From: a virus
Virus record (IMG/VR): IMGVR_UViG_3300030380_006811
Span: 32,001-96,000 of that record
Reading direction: 5' to 3' (one strand)
DNA: 64,000 nt
Shown here one piece after another: positions 49,802 through 59,549 of the stretch. Position 1 is the first letter of the stretch. Each line of letters opens with the position of its first letter. The notes under the pieces are model-generated. The model was not told where the DNA came from, did no database searches, and saw nothing but the letters and a program-made list of their open reading frames with translations. A program made the translations under genes and the position numbers.

Positions 49802-50084
49802 AACATTTAATGATTTAAAATTTAAAGTACACCCTGTTACTAAAAAAGGGATACATGCATCACTTGAGCTGAAACCTAATGTGTTTATCTCAGTTGTAGC
49901 TGGTGAAGGTTTTTATAGTGGTGGTAAAAATGGAGTTAGAGGTCCAGTTACTAAATTGGAAGAAGCTACTACATTTGAAGTTGCTATTATAGATGAAAAT
50001 TTACCTGATGATCAGCAAGAATGGGATGTTTTAGGATGGCAATCAAGAGATGATATTAATAAATTAATGATTGATAATGGATAA
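49794..50084 (+). CDS. Hypothetical phage protein
   Basis: ISVV.G...Y....FEVAI.....DV.GW pattern. Confidence 0.6.
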   Translation: MNKTFNDLKFKVHPVTKKGIHASLELKPNVFISVVAGEGFYSGGKNGVRGPVTKLEEATTFEVAIIDENLPDDQQEWDVLGWQSRDDINKLMIDNG

Positions 50085-50310
50085 TACTATGTTTTATACT
50101 AAAGATAAGCGTTATACTGTTGAATTAGACATGTTTATAACAGCAGATAATGATTATCATGCTAGAATGATAGCACATAAAATAAAAAATGCCATTAAAG
50201 ATGGTTATAATGTTGAGATTAGATCAATAAATGATACTCCATTTGCATCATTTAAAACTAGAAAATTAGATGATATTTCGGAACCAACTAAAGAAAAAAT
50301 ACCGTTTTAA
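50071..50310 (+). CDS. Hypothetical protein
   Basis: ORF track. Confidence 0.55.
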   Translation: MIMDNTMFYTKDKRYTVELDMFITADNDYHARMIAHKIKNAIKDGYNVEIRSINDTPFASFKTRKLDDISEPTKEKIPF

Positions 50311-50311
50311 T

Positions 50312-50461
50312 ATGAAGTGTGTAGTTTGTGAAATAAAAATTAAAGATTATGGACATAATCCAGATCCATTAAATAATGGTAAAGGTAGATGCTGTGATAC
50401 TTGTAATGTTAAGTATGTTATCCCAGCTAGAATATATCAAATGAAAGAAGCTTATGATTAA
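50312..50461 (+). CDS. Small Zn-binding protein
   Basis: CVVC..GHNP.P....CCD.CN...V.P.R. Confidence 0.65.
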   Translation: MKCVVCEIKIKDYGHNPDPLNNGKGRCCDTCNVKYVIPARIYQMKEAYD

Positions 50462-50587
50462 AGAAGGAGATTGGATTATTGTTGATGATTATAGACGTAA
50501 AAAATGTTTTGGTGTGACAGAAAGAGGCAACTACCTCATCAAAATGTATAATAAATTAATGCAAGTGCCTCCAAATAGAGTTAAGTT

Positions 50588-50818
50588 ATGGCAAACATAG
50601 AAAAACAAAATTTACATTATTGCTTGGATCAGGCAAAGGAATTTATTAAATTAGGGGAGCGAGATAAAGCTAGAGACTATTGTGATATGGGAATAGCTTA
50701 TGTTGCTGGAAAAAAATTAGATGGGGCAACAGGAGATGATTTAATTGAGGATGTTAGAATTAATCTTTGGTTAGAACGCTTTTGGATGTTTTTAGAGAAT
50801 AAAAACCTAATGTTATAA
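50588..50818 (+). CDS. Hypothetical protein
   Basis: ORF track. Confidence 0.6.
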   Translation: MANIEKQNLHYCLDQAKEFIKLGERDKARDYCDMGIAYVAGKKLDGATGDDLIEDVRINLWLERFWMFLENKNLML

Positions 50819-50819
50819 T

Positions 50820-51125
50820 ATGTGTATGTCAGGAGCCCATTATACTGAAGAAAATTTAAATTGTTCTTATTCAGGTTTATCCTCTGTTATGAGTTATACT
50901 TTAGATATAGATAGAATAATTGAAATGGCTTGGGAAGATAGAACGCCATTTGATGCTATAGAATTTCAATTTGGTATTAAGGAAAACCAAATAAGGAAAA
51001 TAATGCGTGAAAATTTAAGTGAATCATCATTTAAGTTATGGCGTAAAAGAGTAAAAGGAAGAAAAACAAAACATAGTAAAACATCTGAATCAATCAGATT
51101 TAAAAGTAAAAATCAAAAATTATGA
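50820..51125 (+). CDS. TIGR03643/DUF2805-like protein
   Basis: IDRIIEMAWEDRTPFDAI..QFG..E...SFKLWRKRV.GR.TKH. Confidence 0.8.
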   Translation: MCMSGAHYTEENLNCSYSGLSSVMSYTLDIDRIIEMAWEDRTPFDAIEFQFGIKENQIRKIMRENLSESSFKLWRKRVKGRKTKHSKTSESIRFKSKNQKL

Positions 51126-51355
51126 AACAAGTAATATTTTATTTAAAACTATACTACCCAGTAGTATTATCATTTATTTCATTTCTATATTCAGTAGGGT
51201 TATGGTTTAGTGGTTATCAATTAGAAGGTATTTTTGTTGGTATTTGGGTACCATCCATTTTAGCATTTGCTATTTGTATTAGACAAAGAAGAAATGATTA
51301 TTATAGAGCATTAGCTGCTAGTAAAAAATATAAAAAATATAAAAGAAAAAGATGA
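51122..51355 (+). CDS. Small membrane protein
   Basis: S..LWF.G....GIFVGIWVPSIL. Confidence 0.65.
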   Translation: MKQVIFYLKLYYPVVLSFISFLYSVGLWFSGYQLEGIFVGIWVPSILAFAICIRQRRNDYYRALAASKKYKKYKRKR

Positions 51356-51669
51356 ATTTATTTATAATAACAACTAACATGAAAGTTATGTTTGCTGTAG
51401 GTTTTATTATATTTGTAGTTTACATTTATGCTTTGTTAAGAGCAATAAAATGGGGGCATGACTCACAACGTAAGGATTTATTAAATGATCCTGAACTAAG
51501 AAATTATTATGGTAGACATGGCATGCCTGATGATATAGATTATGATGGTCATGGTAATTGGGGAAGGTTTCCTGATAATCCTTATGAGAAAAAACCTAAA
51601 CGAAAAAAAGGAAGTCAAAGCAGGATGAAAAGTTATTTTTGGCATGAAAAAAAAGAAGATTTAGAATAA
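51352..51669 (+). CDS. Membrane-anchored hypothetical protein
   Basis: TM then DYDGHGN.GRF. Confidence 0.55.
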   Translation: MNLFIITTNMKVMFAVGFIIFVVYIYALLRAIKWGHDSQRKDLLNDPELRNYYGRHGMPDDIDYDGHGNWGRFPDNPYEKKPKRKKGSQSRMKSYFWHEKKEDLE

Positions 51670-51820
51670 TGAGTAGAATAGAAGAATTAGTTTATAGCGC
51701 TTATGACCATGGTAAAAGAGAACCCTTACTTAAGGAAGTAAGCAAAATAAAAACAGAGTACCCACATATGAACTTAAATGATATATATGAGGAAGCATAT
51801 AAAAATATAATGAATACGTA

Positions 51821-52177
51821 ATGATAGATTATAGTAAGTTATTAATAGGGAGTTTTTGGTTTATATTAGGCCATATTGCAGTATTTTTTCAATTAAATGG
51901 GCAATTTAAATGGGATTGGTTTGCTAAAAATGAATGGGTATTAGCCACAGCTGGTTTAATTATATCATTTTTCTATATTTGGGGAACTAAATATACAGTT
52001 CTAGCATTTGAAGGATTATTATGGCCTGCTAGATTTATTGGTTTTGGTATAGGAATGATTGTATACGCAGTTGGAGTTTGGTTTTTCTTTAAAGAAGGTA
52101 TTACAAATAAAACATTTATTAGTTTATTGCTGTGTACTATTTTAATAGCAATTCAAGTATTATGGAAAACGGATTAA
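51821..52177 (+). CDS. 4-TM membrane protein (SMR/DMT-like size)
   Basis: Four hydrophobic helices. Confidence 0.6.
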   Translation: MIDYSKLLIGSFWFILGHIAVFFQLNGQFKWDWFAKNEWVLATAGLIISFFYIWGTKYTVLAFEGLLWPARFIGFGIGMIVYAVGVWFFFKEGITNKTFISLLLCTILIAIQVLWKTD

Positions 52178-52178
52178 T

Positions 52179-52802
52179 ATGAAATTAAATTTATTAAACG
52201 GTTTATTTTTTTCAAGACATGAACTAGATTTAGATCATGATTCTATCTATCAAGAAGTTTTAGATTCAAGATATAAACCTAAAGATAGTACTCATAATAG
52301 TAGACCACACTTTAAAGATGTATTTCCTGGTCATACTTTTTATGAAGACACTAATTTGTATGATGAAACTTATTTAACTATGAAAGGAGCAGTTGTTAGT
52401 CTTATTAATGGTATTTTTGGAGAAGGAATGTTACATCAAAGTGAAATATGGGGTCATATTATACCCCACAAAGACCAAACAGTAGTACATGCTCATAGGG
52501 ATGTTTTTAATGACGCCCCAGGTTTATCTTGGGCGTATTATCCTCATAGACCAGAAAATTCCGGTAATATAACCTTTATTACAAATGTAAATGGGTTTGA
52601 TCATAAAGTTCCAGTTTACCCTAAAAAAGGAGAATTACTATTATTTTCAAATACTTTATTACATTTTACCCCTAGAAATGATAGTGGGGAAGATAGGGTT
52701 TCAGTTAGTGGGAATTTAAGTATTACAGATAAGTTAAAAGATATATTATATGAAGATATGGATTATAAAAACCCATATTGGTATTATAATGGAAGATGCT
52801 AA
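52179..52802 (+). CDS. 2OG-Fe(II) oxygenase-like protein
   Basis: HAH...S..YYP...G.LLLF...L.H......RVS.SGN. Confidence 0.75.
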   Translation: MKLNLLNGLFFSRHELDLDHDSIYQEVLDSRYKPKDSTHNSRPHFKDVFPGHTFYEDTNLYDETYLTMKGAVVSLINGIFGEGMLHQSEIWGHIIPHKDQTVVHAHRDVFNDAPGLSWAYYPHRPENSGNITFITNVNGFDHKVPVYPKKGELLLFSNTLLHFTPRNDSGEDRVSVSGNLSITDKLKDILYEDMDYKNPYWYYNGRC

Positions 52803-52952
52803 ATATAAAATTATGAATAATCATTGGTACAACGAAGGTAAAGAAATTTTAAATCAGGGTAGAACTGAAAAACAATATAAAAGTTCAGCAATTGGAGCTT
52901 TTGTTAGTGGCTTATCCCTTATTATTATTTTTATTTTAATAGCAATTTTTGG

Positions 52953-53222
52953 ATGAGCAAAATTAAAGCGAGATGGATGCCTATATTAAGGGCAATGGTT
53001 CGAGATAGGAAATTAAATCCTATAGAACGTTTATCAACCAGAGTAGGTTATATGGGTGTAGGATTTTTAATAGCAGGACAATGGACTGTTGAACCTATTC
53101 TATTTATAATGGGGTTTTGTTGTGTACTAATTCAAGTATTAGTTCGTAGACAATGGAACCTAGTAATATTACAACTTAATGGTCTAATAGCTTGGACTAT
53201 ACATTTTATAAACTCAATATGA
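52953..53222 (+). CDS. Membrane protein
   Basis: Hydrophobic C-terminal half. Confidence 0.55.
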   Translation: MSKIKARWMPILRAMVRDRKLNPIERLSTRVGYMGVGFLIAGQWTVEPILFIMGFCCVLIQVLVRRQWNLVILQLNGLIAWTIHFINSI

Positions 53223-53349
53223 CAAAACAAAATAAATTAGAGGCAATTAAAGCACTACAAGAAGCAATTTTACAACTTAAATTAAGCCCAGAAGCTAAAA
53301 GTAAAAAAACAATTCAACAATTACAACAAAAATTAGACGAATTAACATC

Positions 53350-53583
53350 ATGAAACATAAAGTTGATTTGCATGGAATGTCTATCAGAAGCGCTGTTGCT
53401 AAAGCGGAATCATTTTTAATTGAAGCATCATTTGATAAACATATGAATGTTGAAGTAATAACAGGTAAATCAGGCAACATGCAGGAGCATATAATTAAAG
53501 AAGTACTTGAACCCTATAAATTTGATTATTATATTCCACCTCATAATACAGGAACAATAATTGTAACTCAAAATGAATTATAA
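53350..53583 (+). CDS. Smr-domain protein
   Basis: VDLHG, VITGKS, N.G. Confidence 0.8.
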   Translation: MKHKVDLHGMSIRSAVAKAESFLIEASFDKHMNVEVITGKSGNMQEHIIKEVLEPYKFDYYIPPHNTGTIIVTQNEL

Positions 53584-53779
53584 TATAATTTATTATGAAA
53601 ATGATGCTTATGAAGTTATACATGATATAGCTGTTCATATGTTTCTAAATAAAGATAAATCAGTAAACCAACAAGTGTTAGGTTTATATGTTCACGATTG
53701 GCAAGCGGATAAAGTATTACAAAAGGATAATAAATTCTTAATATGCAAGAAAATAGAGGAAGCACAAATAATAGGATAG
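53573..53779 (+). CDS. Hypothetical protein
   Basis: ORF track. Confidence 0.55.
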   Translation: MNYNIIYYENDAYEVIHDIAVHMFLNKDKSVNQQVLGLYVHDWQADKVLQKDNKFLICKKIEEAQIIG

Positions 53780-54321
53780 CATTTTGTATTCCAGGAAATA
53801 CATTCAGTGGTACATTTTTAAAATGTTGGACTCATTTAATTAAACAATTACCACCTAATATGGATTGGTTTTTAATTAATGGTTATGCTCCAAATATAAC
53901 TTATAGTAGACAATCACTGCTGATTAGAGCTCGAATGTTAAGACCAACTCATTATATGTGGATTGATGATGATCAAGTATTTACTTATGAGCAGTTTAAG
54001 ACATTATATGATCATAACTTAGATATTGTAAGTGGAATATATAGAAAATCGGATGATTTATTTGCATGTTGTAAATTAAATGGAGAAACATTAACAACAG
54101 AGGATAAAATAGTAGAAGGAGTAAGTGAAGTTATGGCTAATGGTTTTGGTTTTATGTTGGTTAAAGCAGAGGTATTTGATCGCATAGATAAACCATTTGA
54201 ATACTTAAATGAGGACCAATGGGAAGATTTTGGTTTTGCAAATAAAGCAAGACAACTAGGATATAAAGTAAACGTTGATTCAAACATAGTGGTGGGTCAT
54301 GAAAAAAGTCGTATATTATGA
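53743..54321 (+). CDS. Glycosyltransferase GT-A-like
   Basis: MWIDDDQ, GFGFMLVK, EDFGF, VGHEK. Confidence 0.8.
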   Translation: MQENRGSTNNRIAFCIPGNTFSGTFLKCWTHLIKQLPPNMDWFLINGYAPNITYSRQSLLIRARMLRPTHYMWIDDDQVFTYEQFKTLYDHNLDIVSGIYRKSDDLFACCKLNGETLTTEDKIVEGVSEVMANGFGFMLVKAEVFDRIDKPFEYLNEDQWEDFGFANKARQLGYKVNVDSNIVVGHEKSRIL

Positions 54322-54635
54322 GTGGAGAAGATATTATAGAACGAGTTAATCAAATAAAAGAATTAATAATTAGGAATCCGGATGGTGGAGATTTAGCTCT
54401 AAAGTATTGTGATTACCTAATTGATGATATTTACTTATATAGAAAACAATGTTTATGAAAAAAAAGAGAGAATACAATGGCATAGAATTGCAATCACCTT
54501 TATATCAACAAGTAGCTAGAGAAATGGCGGCAAAAAGGGGGGATAAAAAAGTGATAAATGAGTATAGAACAAAAAGAGGCAAACGAAGCTCTTTATAACA
54601 CACATCAATAATTTAATACGTATATACAGGATATA

Positions 54636-54971
54636 ATGTGGAGGGAAAAAAGAAATCATTGTAGTTGGTGTGGTAAACCTACTCATATGGAAGCAATGCA
54701 GTTACCAGAGACGCCTATATTGGAATTTATGGAGGAAAAAATAGACGAGCATGGTAGAAATAAAATATGGGGTGAAGATGGTGATTGGAGCAGCCAAAAC
54801 TTGGATTCAGACTTTGAAGCCGAGTTATTAGTGTATGATAATATGTTAAGTTCTATTTCAAGTAAAATAGTTTGTATAACATGTTTACACGATGATGATA
54901 AATTGTGGGAAAAGTATTATGGTGAAGAACCAGATAATGATGTTGAAATAAGATTTGATGCGGATTTTTAA
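54636..54971 (+). CDS. Zn-binding hypothetical protein
   Basis: CSWC ... CITC. Confidence 0.55.
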   Translation: MWREKRNHCSWCGKPTHMEAMQLPETPILEFMEEKIDEHGRNKIWGEDGDWSSQNLDSDFEAELLVYDNMLSSISSKIVCITCLHDDDKLWEKYYGEEPDNDVEIRFDADF

Positions 54972-55128
54972 ACGTGGTTGGAGATTGTGGGCTAAAGCCT
55001 TGGGTGAGAAGCAGGGCAATAATAGGGAAGCAGATAAGATAGCGGCGATGAGAACATTAATAGTAATTCAGGCGATAATAACGAACGTTCTGATTGCGAT
55101 AAACATAATAATAAACTGGATAAAATAA
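54958..55128 (+). CDS. Small membrane protein with WAKALGEK motif (not in track)
   Basis: MRIFKRGWRLWAKALGEK...AD.IA..RT. Confidence 0.6.
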   Translation: MRIFKRGWRLWAKALGEKQGNNREADKIAAMRTLIVIQAIITNVLIAINIIINWIK

Positions 55129-55423
55129 ATATGAGCAAAACATTTAAATTAAAGTACACTGAATTAATAGGTGAGGATCAAGAACGTGATGGGGAAATGA
55201 TCATTAAAACAAAAAATATACAATGGACTATGGAGCAGTTCTGTAGAAATAGACATGTAATAAAAATGGATTGGAAACAAATTAAACATTAAATAATATG
55301 AGTAAAAATAGTCATAAACAAATGTACGAGCAATTGGTACAATGGTTACCTACGTTGAGTAGCAAACGTAAAAAACGTGTTAAATCAAGGAATACTGGGC
55401 AACGCAAAGCGTATAATCGCTAA

Positions 55424-55504
55424 GTGTGACAATCATATTCTAAAGTGTGACATACGAATATAGTAATATTCAAATGTACATAAATTTAGATATAATGTGT
55501 GACA
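55424..55504 (+). repeat. Three direct GTGTGACA repeats in a non-coding gap
   Basis: At 55424, 55445, 55497. Confidence 0.7.
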
Positions 55505-55707
55505 AAAAATGGTGGTGTTACGTGAACTAAAAACGAGGGGGTATTAACCCCTGTGCATCGCAAGCCAACCTATTTCGACTCGACGAGTATATATTTGTGA
55601 ACAATGCAATGTTCATAGGTGATCATAACGTTTCACTTGAGGATACGTCAATAAAACATTAGATACGTTGTGAATACAACAATAATAATAAAATAATGAC
55701 GTAAACA

Positions 55708-55737
55708 TTTGGATACCAGGGTAATGGTTCGTATATT
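55708..55737 (+). promoter_or_regulatory. Early-type promoter
   Basis: TTTGG-N17-CGTATATT. Confidence 0.8.
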
Positions 55738-55762
55738 TAGGTGTTAATTGTTAATAAAGGTT

Positions 55763-56047
55763 ATGTATACAGTAAGAGAATTAGATTTAAGCATGGTAAA
55801 CGAATTAAAGCAATTCGAGGGTAAGATATTTAGTGATAATTCAAGCAACACCGGTAGTAGCCTGTGTTTGAAAGTTGACCGTAATGAAGGTAGGGTATAT
55901 TACCAGGAATGCTATAGTGAATATGCTAATTTCAACGGTAAAAATCGTGACGGTGCTCCTCGCACCGATAAACTATACCACCCAACACCTGGATTAAATA
56001 CAATGACGTTAAGCCAATTCTACGGTTGCGCTATAGGTTGGGTATAA
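55763..56047 (+). CDS. Hypothetical early protein
   Basis: AAAGGTT-ATG at 55763. Confidence 0.65.
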   Translation: MYTVRELDLSMVNELKQFEGKIFSDNSSNTGSSLCLKVDRNEGRVYYQECYSEYANFNGKNRDGAPRTDKLYHPTPGLNTMTLSQFYGCAIGWV

Positions 56048-56421
56048 ATTAATTAATACAAACATATTACTTACCACCATGGTACTCCTTACCGCGGTGG
56101 TACTTCCCTACGTATACCTTACTACATACTGGATATATACTTAATATTATAATTACGCCGGTATACCGCCATATATATACATACATAATCCCATACGCGT
56201 TGGTGTCCATATATGCGTGTATACGCAAAGAAAGGGTGTAGCACAATTTATGGCTCGTACACGATTTTACACATCGGATTGTATATACTTATATTTGTGT
56301 ACCTATGTAAATTAAGAGAATTGTCAATATGGCTATTAGACACGCCATTACTAGACTAACACTAGCCATTAACTTTATTATTAGACCTAATTGTTTTCTA
56401 TTTTTCATATTATAATATTAT

Positions 56422-56445
56422 AGACCCCCCGAAGGGGGTCTTTTT
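56422..56445 (+). terminator. Rho-independent terminator
   Basis: AGACCCCC-cgaa-GGGGGTCT then TTTT. Confidence 0.8.
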
Positions 56446-56528
56446 CCATTTAACGCCAAAATTTAGAAAATAGTAAAATGGCAACCTTCTTTTTTCAAAA
56501 CCTTTTTGGCGTCGAGGAAAATATATAC

Positions 56529-57143
56529 TTATCTATACCAACCTTTTTCGGTAGCTAGTTCTACGGGTATATAGTGTCCAAAACTACACATTAATCTATT
56601 TCTGTCACCGTCAATTCTGGATGACCCATGTTCATATAACCCAGCTAATACTACCCAAGGTTCATTCTCTTCCACATATATTTCTTCACCATCATTTATA
56701 GGATTACCTCCACTTTCAGGTTTTTGGATTTGGATATTAAATCTACAGTGAATTTTATCTTTAATTTGGTATATGTCGTCTACTTTTTCGTATTTTGATT
56801 CATCAGGACCATCAGCACATACATTAGGGTCTTTATGCATATGAGTAGAATGACCCTTATAAAATGATGCTAACATAAATCCATAATTATCATCAATAGG
56901 TAAATCCAGTGGTATGTCGAATGTTTTAAGTATTATATTTCTTAATTCAAAAAACTCATCAAATGGAAAACCACCATCAATTAAATCTTGAGGTTTTAAA
57001 TCAACATTAGGCCTTGCTATAACCCTTCCCCCCTCATGTGGAGGTTCTAATGTTAAATACTTTTCTAGATTTTCTTCTACCGACATCCATTTTAATATAG
57101 CTTCGGTATACTTTTTATCTATTATAACCCCACTTCTCATCAA
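56529..57143 (-). CDS. 2OG-Fe(II) oxygenase-like protein
   Basis: HKD...RFN..IQKP..GG.P...H.S......R...SFG. Confidence 0.75.
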   Translation of the reverse strand: MMRSGVIIDKKYTEAILKWMSVEENLEKYLTLEPPHEGGRVIARPNVDLKPQDLIDGGFPFDEFFELRNIILKTFDIPLDLPIDDNYGFMLASFYKGHSTHMHKDPNVCADGPDESKYEKVDDIYQIKDKIHCRFNIQIQKPESGGNPINDGEEIYVEENEPWVVLAGLYEHGSSRIDGDRNRLMCSFGHYIPVELATEKGWYR

Positions 57144-57547
57144 TATCTATTATTAAAATTAGGATCTTCCTTCAATGCCCTAATCATCCCCTGTGTATTT
57201 TGTATCTCGTTATGAAGTTTTTTTATCTCCGCTTCCGTTAAATCTATAAACTGATTTGTCCTCTGTTGATATCCAATAAATGCCCCCTTATTATTTTCAA
57301 TCCTTTTTCCTAAATCCGTTATTTCAATATAAGAGTCCTTTTCCATCTTCTCCTTCACATCTCGTATATATAAATTCAGCTCATCTAATTTTTCTACGTT
57401 CTCCCCATACCTAATAGAGGAGATATTTGATGATGATTGTAGCGACGTCAGTAATTCATTATATTTAATTTTCACCGAACGTAAGTATACCGCACTGTAA
57501 ACCGCTATCACCGTAATAATCCCACTAATAAAATATATCAATTCCAT
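57140..57547 (-). CDS. TM-anchored coiled-coil protein
   Basis: N-terminal TM plus heptads. Confidence 0.65.
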   Translation of the reverse strand: MELIYFISGIITVIAVYSAVYLRSVKIKYNELLTSLQSSSNISSIRYGENVEKLDELNLYIRDVKEKMEKDSYIEITDLGKRIENNKGAFIGYQQRTNQFIDLTEAEIKKLHNEIQNTQGMIRALKEDPNFNNRY

Positions 57548-57550
57548 AAT

Positions 57551-57868
57551 TTACAAATATTCATCGTTAATAATTTTCTCTATATCAAACCAAAGAGTAT
57601 TATAATCAACTGTTGCCTTATAATATCCTTTTTCAAATAACACTATTGTTGGGTAGTGTGTTATTGGTTTTGGATATAATTGTGTCGATCTTGGAAACAT
57701 TGGTGCCTCTATATAAACCATAGGTAATAGATCACTTACGTTTTTTAACATTGGTTTTAGATTAACACAAGTTTTACAACCTCTAGAACCAAAAATTACT
57801 AATAATTTAGGTGCTGTAATAAAATTAGAGAGATTATCCCTTGTTAGTTCAATAAAACTTTTACTCAT
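57551..57868 (-). CDS. Thioredoxin-like protein
   Basis: CKTC, YPTIVLF..G. Confidence 0.7.
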   Translation of the reverse strand: MSKSFIELTRDNLSNFITAPKLLVIFGSRGCKTCVNLKPMLKNVSDLLPMVYIEAPMFPRSTQLYPKPITHYPTIVLFEKGYYKATVDYNTLWFDIEKIINDEYL

Positions 57869-57874
57869 GTAGAC

Positions 57875-57904
57875 AATATACGATTCTGTATTGGTTTTTC
57901 CACA
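57875..57904 (-). promoter_or_regulatory. Early-type promoter for the minus-strand operon
   Basis: Reverse strand TGTGG-N17-CGTATATT, 6 nt before the ATG. Confidence 0.75.
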
Positions 57905-58028
57905 TAATTTTATAAAATATCTTATAATATACTGTATATACGTATTTATAGATTGAATATTGTAAAAGAGAGTAAGTTTTTAGGACTTTTTATATATTTA
58001 TAATAAAACAAATATAATTCAATAAACC

Positions 58029-59018
58029 ATGGTAAACACTCACTTAGTAACTTGGCAAGAATTTCTAAAAGAGAAGGAAAATAAAAACCTTCCTATTATG
58101 GAAGCCAAAGCAAAATATTTAAAACTTCAAAGAAAGTTTAATTTACTTATGGAGGCCGAAGTTGCTGCTTACAATGCTGTGGCTTTGAATTCTGTAACAC
58201 ATGGATCCCAAGGTGGTGATCCTTCCTTAGTCAACCCAATTAAAAACATCTTTTTCTCGGATATTCCAACTAAAATAGAGGATGGTAATGATCCTGTAGC
58301 AATAACTTTAGTATTTCAATATCCTGTATTAGTTACTGGTAATCCTGCTATTAAAATTGCAAATGGACAGCAAGGTGGAGGAACTGAAAATAATATAGTA
58401 TTAGCATATGATAGTGGAACTGGTACTGATACACTTGTATTTAATTCTACTCAAGTTTCTGCCAATGTAGATGGTGATCAACCAATTGGAGCAGGAAAAT
58501 TATTAGTAGGACAAGATATAGCTAGTATTGTAGTACAAGGAATTACTGGTATTAATGCAGCAGGTACAACAACTGGTGTTTCTGGGGTAGCAGCAGCAGC
58601 TGGAGGTGGTGCAGGAACAGCTCAACAAGATGTTGTATTAACAATTGTTAATGATGTTGCTGGTAACTTTGATTCAGCTACAATTACTTCTATTGCAAGT
58701 ACTTCTACTGCTTATTATAATGTAGGTGATACAATTACTGTTGCAGCTTCTGAATTATCAGCAGTTGGTGGATCAGGTGGATCTGCAGTATTTACTATTA
58801 CAAATGCTACTTTAACAGGTGATACTTTAGGAATACCTAGAGGTATTGAAATTGTAGAAAACCCAGGAACAGTATCATCCCCATCACTTGGAACAATTGC
58901 TTTTGATGCCACTAATTTTATTACCCTTCAATCTGGTGAAAAAATAGGATATGAAAATTATATGACATATTCTAACGCTATAGTAGGAGGTAATGTTAAT
59001 GCAGAAGCCGACGGATAA
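58029..59018 (+). CDS. Gly/Thr/Ala-rich beta protein, probable virion component
   Basis: V.VTG.P...Y.SGTGT..LVF Ig-like motif, Y.VGDTIT; ATATTTAT upstream. Confidence 0.6.
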   Translation: MVNTHLVTWQEFLKEKENKNLPIMEAKAKYLKLQRKFNLLMEAEVAAYNAVALNSVTHGSQGGDPSLVNPIKNIFFSDIPTKIEDGNDPVAITLVFQYPVLVTGNPAIKIANGQQGGGTENNIVLAYDSGTGTDTLVFNSTQVSANVDGDQPIGAGKLLVGQDIASIVVQGITGINAAGTTTGVSGVAAAAGGGAGTAQQDVVLTIVNDVAGNFDSATITSIASTSTAYYNVGDTITVAASELSAVGGSGGSAVFTITNATLTGDTLGIPRGIEIVENPGTVSSPSLGTIAFDATNFITLQSGEKIGYENYMTYSNAIVGGNVNAEADG

Positions 59019-59040
59019 TAGATAATATTTAAATAAATTA

Positions 59041-59070
59041 AAGGGATAAACGTTAGTTTATCCTTTTTTT
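59041..59070 (+). terminator. Rho-independent terminator
   Basis: AAGGGATAAAC-gtta-GTTTATCCTTT plus T run. Confidence 0.8.
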
Positions 59071-59093
59071 TATATTTATAATAAAATACTATT

Positions 59094-59474
59094 ATGGCAC
59101 AAATTTACGATTCAGCAGAATTAAGTGGGGCAGGAACTTTATTAAAAGATAATCTGCCTGTAGGGGTAAATAAATTTCTGTTTGACACTAGATTTAATGA
59201 AGGTACTGTTTATTTTATTTTTGAGACAGTTAGAAATAATGATGGTTTTTATGATTCTAGTTCTTCTACTAATGCCAGTGGTCTTGTACGTATTGATCTC
59301 CCACCTGTGGGGGCAACATTAGTTCCTATTGATCTTATTCAATCTGATTATATTTGGGGTGTTGTATTACCACCTGGAGGAACTGTTGGGTTAACATTTA
59401 TCCCAACAACACAAGTTGATGCTGGGGCAGTATTTTTAAGAGGTACCGGTGAGGTTACATTAACAATTTCTTGA
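59094..59474 (+). CDS. Beta-rich hypothetical protein (possibly structural)
   Basis: ATATTTAT upstream; composition. Confidence 0.55.
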   Translation: MAQIYDSAELSGAGTLLKDNLPVGVNKFLFDTRFNEGTVYFIFETVRNNDGFYDSSSSTNASGLVRIDLPPVGATLVPIDLIQSDYIWGVVLPPGGTVGLTFIPTTQVDAGAVFLRGTGEVTLTIS

Positions 59475-59492
59475 TAATTTCCTGCGCATCTA

Positions 59493-59522
59493 TTTGGCTA
59501 CCCAGGAAACGGTTCGTATATT
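59493..59522 (+). promoter_or_regulatory. Early-type promoter
   Basis: TTTGG-N17-CGTATATT. Confidence 0.8.
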
Positions 59523-59549
59523 TACCCCATATTAATAATAATAAAGGTT

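Noticed and set aside
769-54287. Numerous short minus-strand and out-of-frame ORFs in the track (e.g. 769, 3417, 3706, 4336, 9360, 20748, 34390, 43997, 54012)
   Set aside because: Shadows of well-supported + strand genes
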